Positions 61,872 through 64,000 of a DNA stretch of 64,000 nt are shown piece by piece; positions within the stretch are counted from its first letter, which is position 1, and the number at the start of each line of letters is the position of its first letter. Origin of the DNA: Terriglobia bacterium (lineage in GTDB: Bacteria > Acidobacteriota > Terriglobia > 20CM-2-55-15); assembly GCA_963664115.2 (NCBI GenBank), contig CAXWPJ010000002.1, positions 288,001-352,000 on the forward strand, in the 5' to 3' direction. The notes under the pieces were generated by a model. The model saw only the letters and a list, made by a program, of their open reading frames with translations, was not told the DNA's origin and did no database searches. The position numbers and the translations under genes were made by a program.

Positions 61872-62840
61872 TCATCTCAAAGACTCCTCGGCAAACGGCA
61901 GGTAGCGGCCAAGGACAATGACCGCCAACCACAGAAACATCGAACTCGCCGCAATAAACTTAGCGAAGAGGGGTGCGTCGTCTCCGGGTCCCAGATGCGC
62001 CCAGGCGCGGAAAGCACCGGTGCAGTAGAACAGCAAAAGATTGGCTCCCGCAATCAAAATGGCCAACATCTTGAGGTGCACGTTGATGTTGAAAACATAG
62101 AAGTAGGGCATGCTCACAAAGAAGAGAAAGCCAGTGCTAACATTAATAATGAATCCGACGATACCCCAGGGCAGAAACCGGTGCAGGGGAGCGACGGGCA
62201 ACTGCTTCAAGAATCCCAGCAGGCGGAGATTGAGCACTCCAACTGCAGCCACAATCAGTATCAAGCCGAGAAAGTGAAGCGTCTCCAGAATTGGCCAGAC
62301 CCACCGGGAATAACCGGTCACCCAATATCCGATCCACGGAATAATGGCGGAGCCTAGGGTCCCTGTAATCGATTCTGATTCCGGGCCGGACAGAATTTCC
62401 GGATGGCGGATCCCGCCACCCGTGTTCCCGGTGATTGTCATGAGGCCCACCGTCACGATCGAAAAAAACACGACCGCTGACACGTTCCATCGCGCAAGCG
62501 GCCCCGGGGCCGGGTTCGAGATCCGACTGAACTGCCACAGTCCAAGCAAAGCGACGGCGCCAGTGATCTCCATGAACACGAATGCCAGCAGCGCCGCGCC
62601 CTGGTGCGTTTGAATCGAGGCTTCTGACACACCCGGGGATCCTCTAAGCACCTCCTGCGCCACATTGCCGCTCATATAAGTGGGAATCGCCAGAAGAGCC
62701 ATGAGCGAGAGAAGTGCAAGACTGGCTTGCTTCAGGTCGTCGCTATTCGCAAGCAGGGAGACAAGGAGAAGGCCAAGCCCGATGAAAGAGCCGATGATAG
62801 GCCAGTGATTCAATAAAAGGTGTATGTGCTCCAAATACAC
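61872..62840 (-). CDS. Membrane protein: DUF2231-like domain fused to a DUF6644-like domain
   Basis: HLLLNHWP...H...TG..GG.IRHPE, then LETLHFLG...NLRLLG...GRYLPF. Confidence 0.7.
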   Translation of the reverse strand: MYLEHIHLLLNHWPIIGSFIGLGLLLVSLLANSDDLKQASLALLSLMALLAIPTYMSGNVAQEVLRGSPGVSEASIQTHQGAALLAFVFMEITGAVALLGLWQFSRISNPAPGPLARWNVSAVVFFSIVTVGLMTITGNTGGGIRHPEILSGPESESITGTLGSAIIPWIGYWVTGYSRWVWPILETLHFLGLILIVAAVGVLNLRLLGFLKQLPVAPLHRFLPWGIVGFIINVSTGFLFFVSMPYFYVFNINVHLKMLAILIAGANLLLFYCTGAFRAWAHLGPGDDAPLFAKFIAASSMFLWLAVIVLGRYLPFAEESLR

Positions 62841-62852
62841 GAGTGCATCCTC

Positions 62853-63359
62853 TTAACCGAGGTAGCTCACATAGCTGTACGTATAAGCCAGCAAGCGGCC
62901 CGACGAGACGGCCCCAATCCAAAAAATGAGGGACCATGCCGCAAAGAGCTTGCCCTTCGTCATCATGGCGGTGTCACTCAAGCCAGGGTCGCTGAACACA
63001 CGACTCTTAAGCATCTGCATCGTCGTCACGGCTAAGCCGATCAAAGCCAGCTTGATATAAAAATCCGGATTCGTAAGGGATTTGGTCGGATAAGCGATCA
63101 GAAGGAGTATGCCGGATGCGACCTGTATCCAGAAGCCGGCCCATATGATGCGGTACAAGCCCTTGAGGGGCGCCAGAGGCAGGTCCGGTGCCACGCCAAG
63201 AATGCGCAATGCAATTACGGCACTTGCGCCGACGAGTAACCCCATGCCGATCGCGTGAAAGGAAAGAACAAACCAGAATCCGAACAGCGACGTGGATTCG
63301 CGAAGCCATATGCTCAGACCACTTTCTTCGATCACCTCAAAAAACAGTGGTAGCTCCAA
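62853..63359 (-). CDS. DUF6644-like membrane protein
   Basis: FHAIGMGLLVG..LRILG, SG.LL, FYIKL, GRLLAY; probable TTG start after AAGGAGG. Confidence 0.75.
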   Translation of the reverse strand: MELPLFFEVIEESGLSIWLRESTSLFGFWFVLSFHAIGMGLLVGASAVIALRILGVAPDLPLAPLKGLYRIIWAGFWIQVASGILLLIAYPTKSLTNPDFYIKLALIGLAVTTMQMLKSRVFSDPGLSDTAMMTKGKLFAAWSLIFWIGAVSSGRLLAYTYSYVSYLG

Positions 63360-63620
63360 GTTTGCCTCCTTGTCGGGTCTGCCGGCAACCAACCGAAACA
63401 ACCCGCCCCAAAACCAAAAACTTAGACAGGGGCCGTAATGTGTCATAGCCTCAACCGCTCGTCAAGCAGCGGTTCGACTCACAGGCAGTCATTGAAACGC
63501 GGTCACTGGGACGAAAATCGTCCACCCGCATGACACGCGTACGGTAGACTTGCCGCAACAACGGCGTCCGAAGAAATGCCGCGGGCAATCGAAGAACTGA
63601 ATGAACTGAGGAGAGCTGCG

Positions 63621-64000
63621 ATGGGGCGAATTTTGCTGAAGGGTCTGGCTGCATCCGTCCTGGTCGCCGTTGTAGTCACACTCGTCATGAACCCACGAAT
63701 GCTGGGCAGGTCTGGGGGCGCGCAGGGTTCACTTCAGATGCCGTTATTCCAGGTCGACCCTGCCTGGCTCAAGCTTCCCCAAAACTGGGTATTGGGCCAG
63801 GGCTCCGCGGTCGCCGTTGATAAGCACGATCATGTATGGATACTGCACCGTCCCCGCTATGTGGGCGCTCTCTACGAGCAACCGGCCGGCAAGACTGCCG
63901 CGCCTCCCGTTCTGGAATTCGACGCGACCGGTAAGTTTGTTCAAGCGTGGGGCGGACCGGGCATCGGATATGACTGGCCCGATCAGGAGCACGGAATTTA
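63621..64000 (+). CDS. NHL-repeat secreted protein (PAL-like), runs off the window
   Basis: Manual translation: MGRILLKGL...FQVDPAWLKLPQNWVLGQGSAVAVDKHDHVWILHRP...PPVLEFDATGKFVQAWGGPG.GYDWPDQEHGI. Confidence 0.8.
   Translation, partial: MGRILLKGLAASVLVAVVVTLVMNPRMLGRSGGAQGSLQMPLFQVDPAWLKLPQNWVLGQGSAVAVDKHDHVWILHRPRYVGALYEQPAGKTAAPPVLEFDATGKFVQAWGGPGIGYDWPDQEHGI

Overview
GC-rich bacterial accessory region. Gene content (Ser/Thr kinase-TolB fusions, DUF6152/DUF6644 proteins, Oar-like TonB barrels, RpoD type) suggests an Acidobacteria-like organism; this is inference. The left part has an arylsulfotransferase, DinB, panB, a gamma-glutamyltransferase, a peroxiredoxin-like gene with an in-frame UGA (UxxC, probable selenoprotein), napA with a tetraheme napB, and an HmuSTUV/BtuS-like CobN operon. 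Six IS copies (2x IS1380, 2x IS630, IS30, IS256) and a 76-bp IS30-type MITE are present. The most unusual structure spans about 23.2-45 kb. About 10 copies of a 40-bp 17-6-17 imperfect palindrome (dif/Xer-site-like) punctuate a chain of unrelated cargo genes (TonB receptor, NfeD, GNAT, amidase, MBL hydrolase, an orphan RpoD, DUF2087). Between them lie repeated head and tail scraps of one Ser/Thr kinase-TolB gene (...ELKERVPVP*), suggesting a recombinase-less cassette array. The right part is dense in paralogous uncharacterised secreted or membrane families (DUF6152, 'WEGDTLV' proteins, DUF6644). No rRNA, convincing tRNA or CRISPR array was seen.
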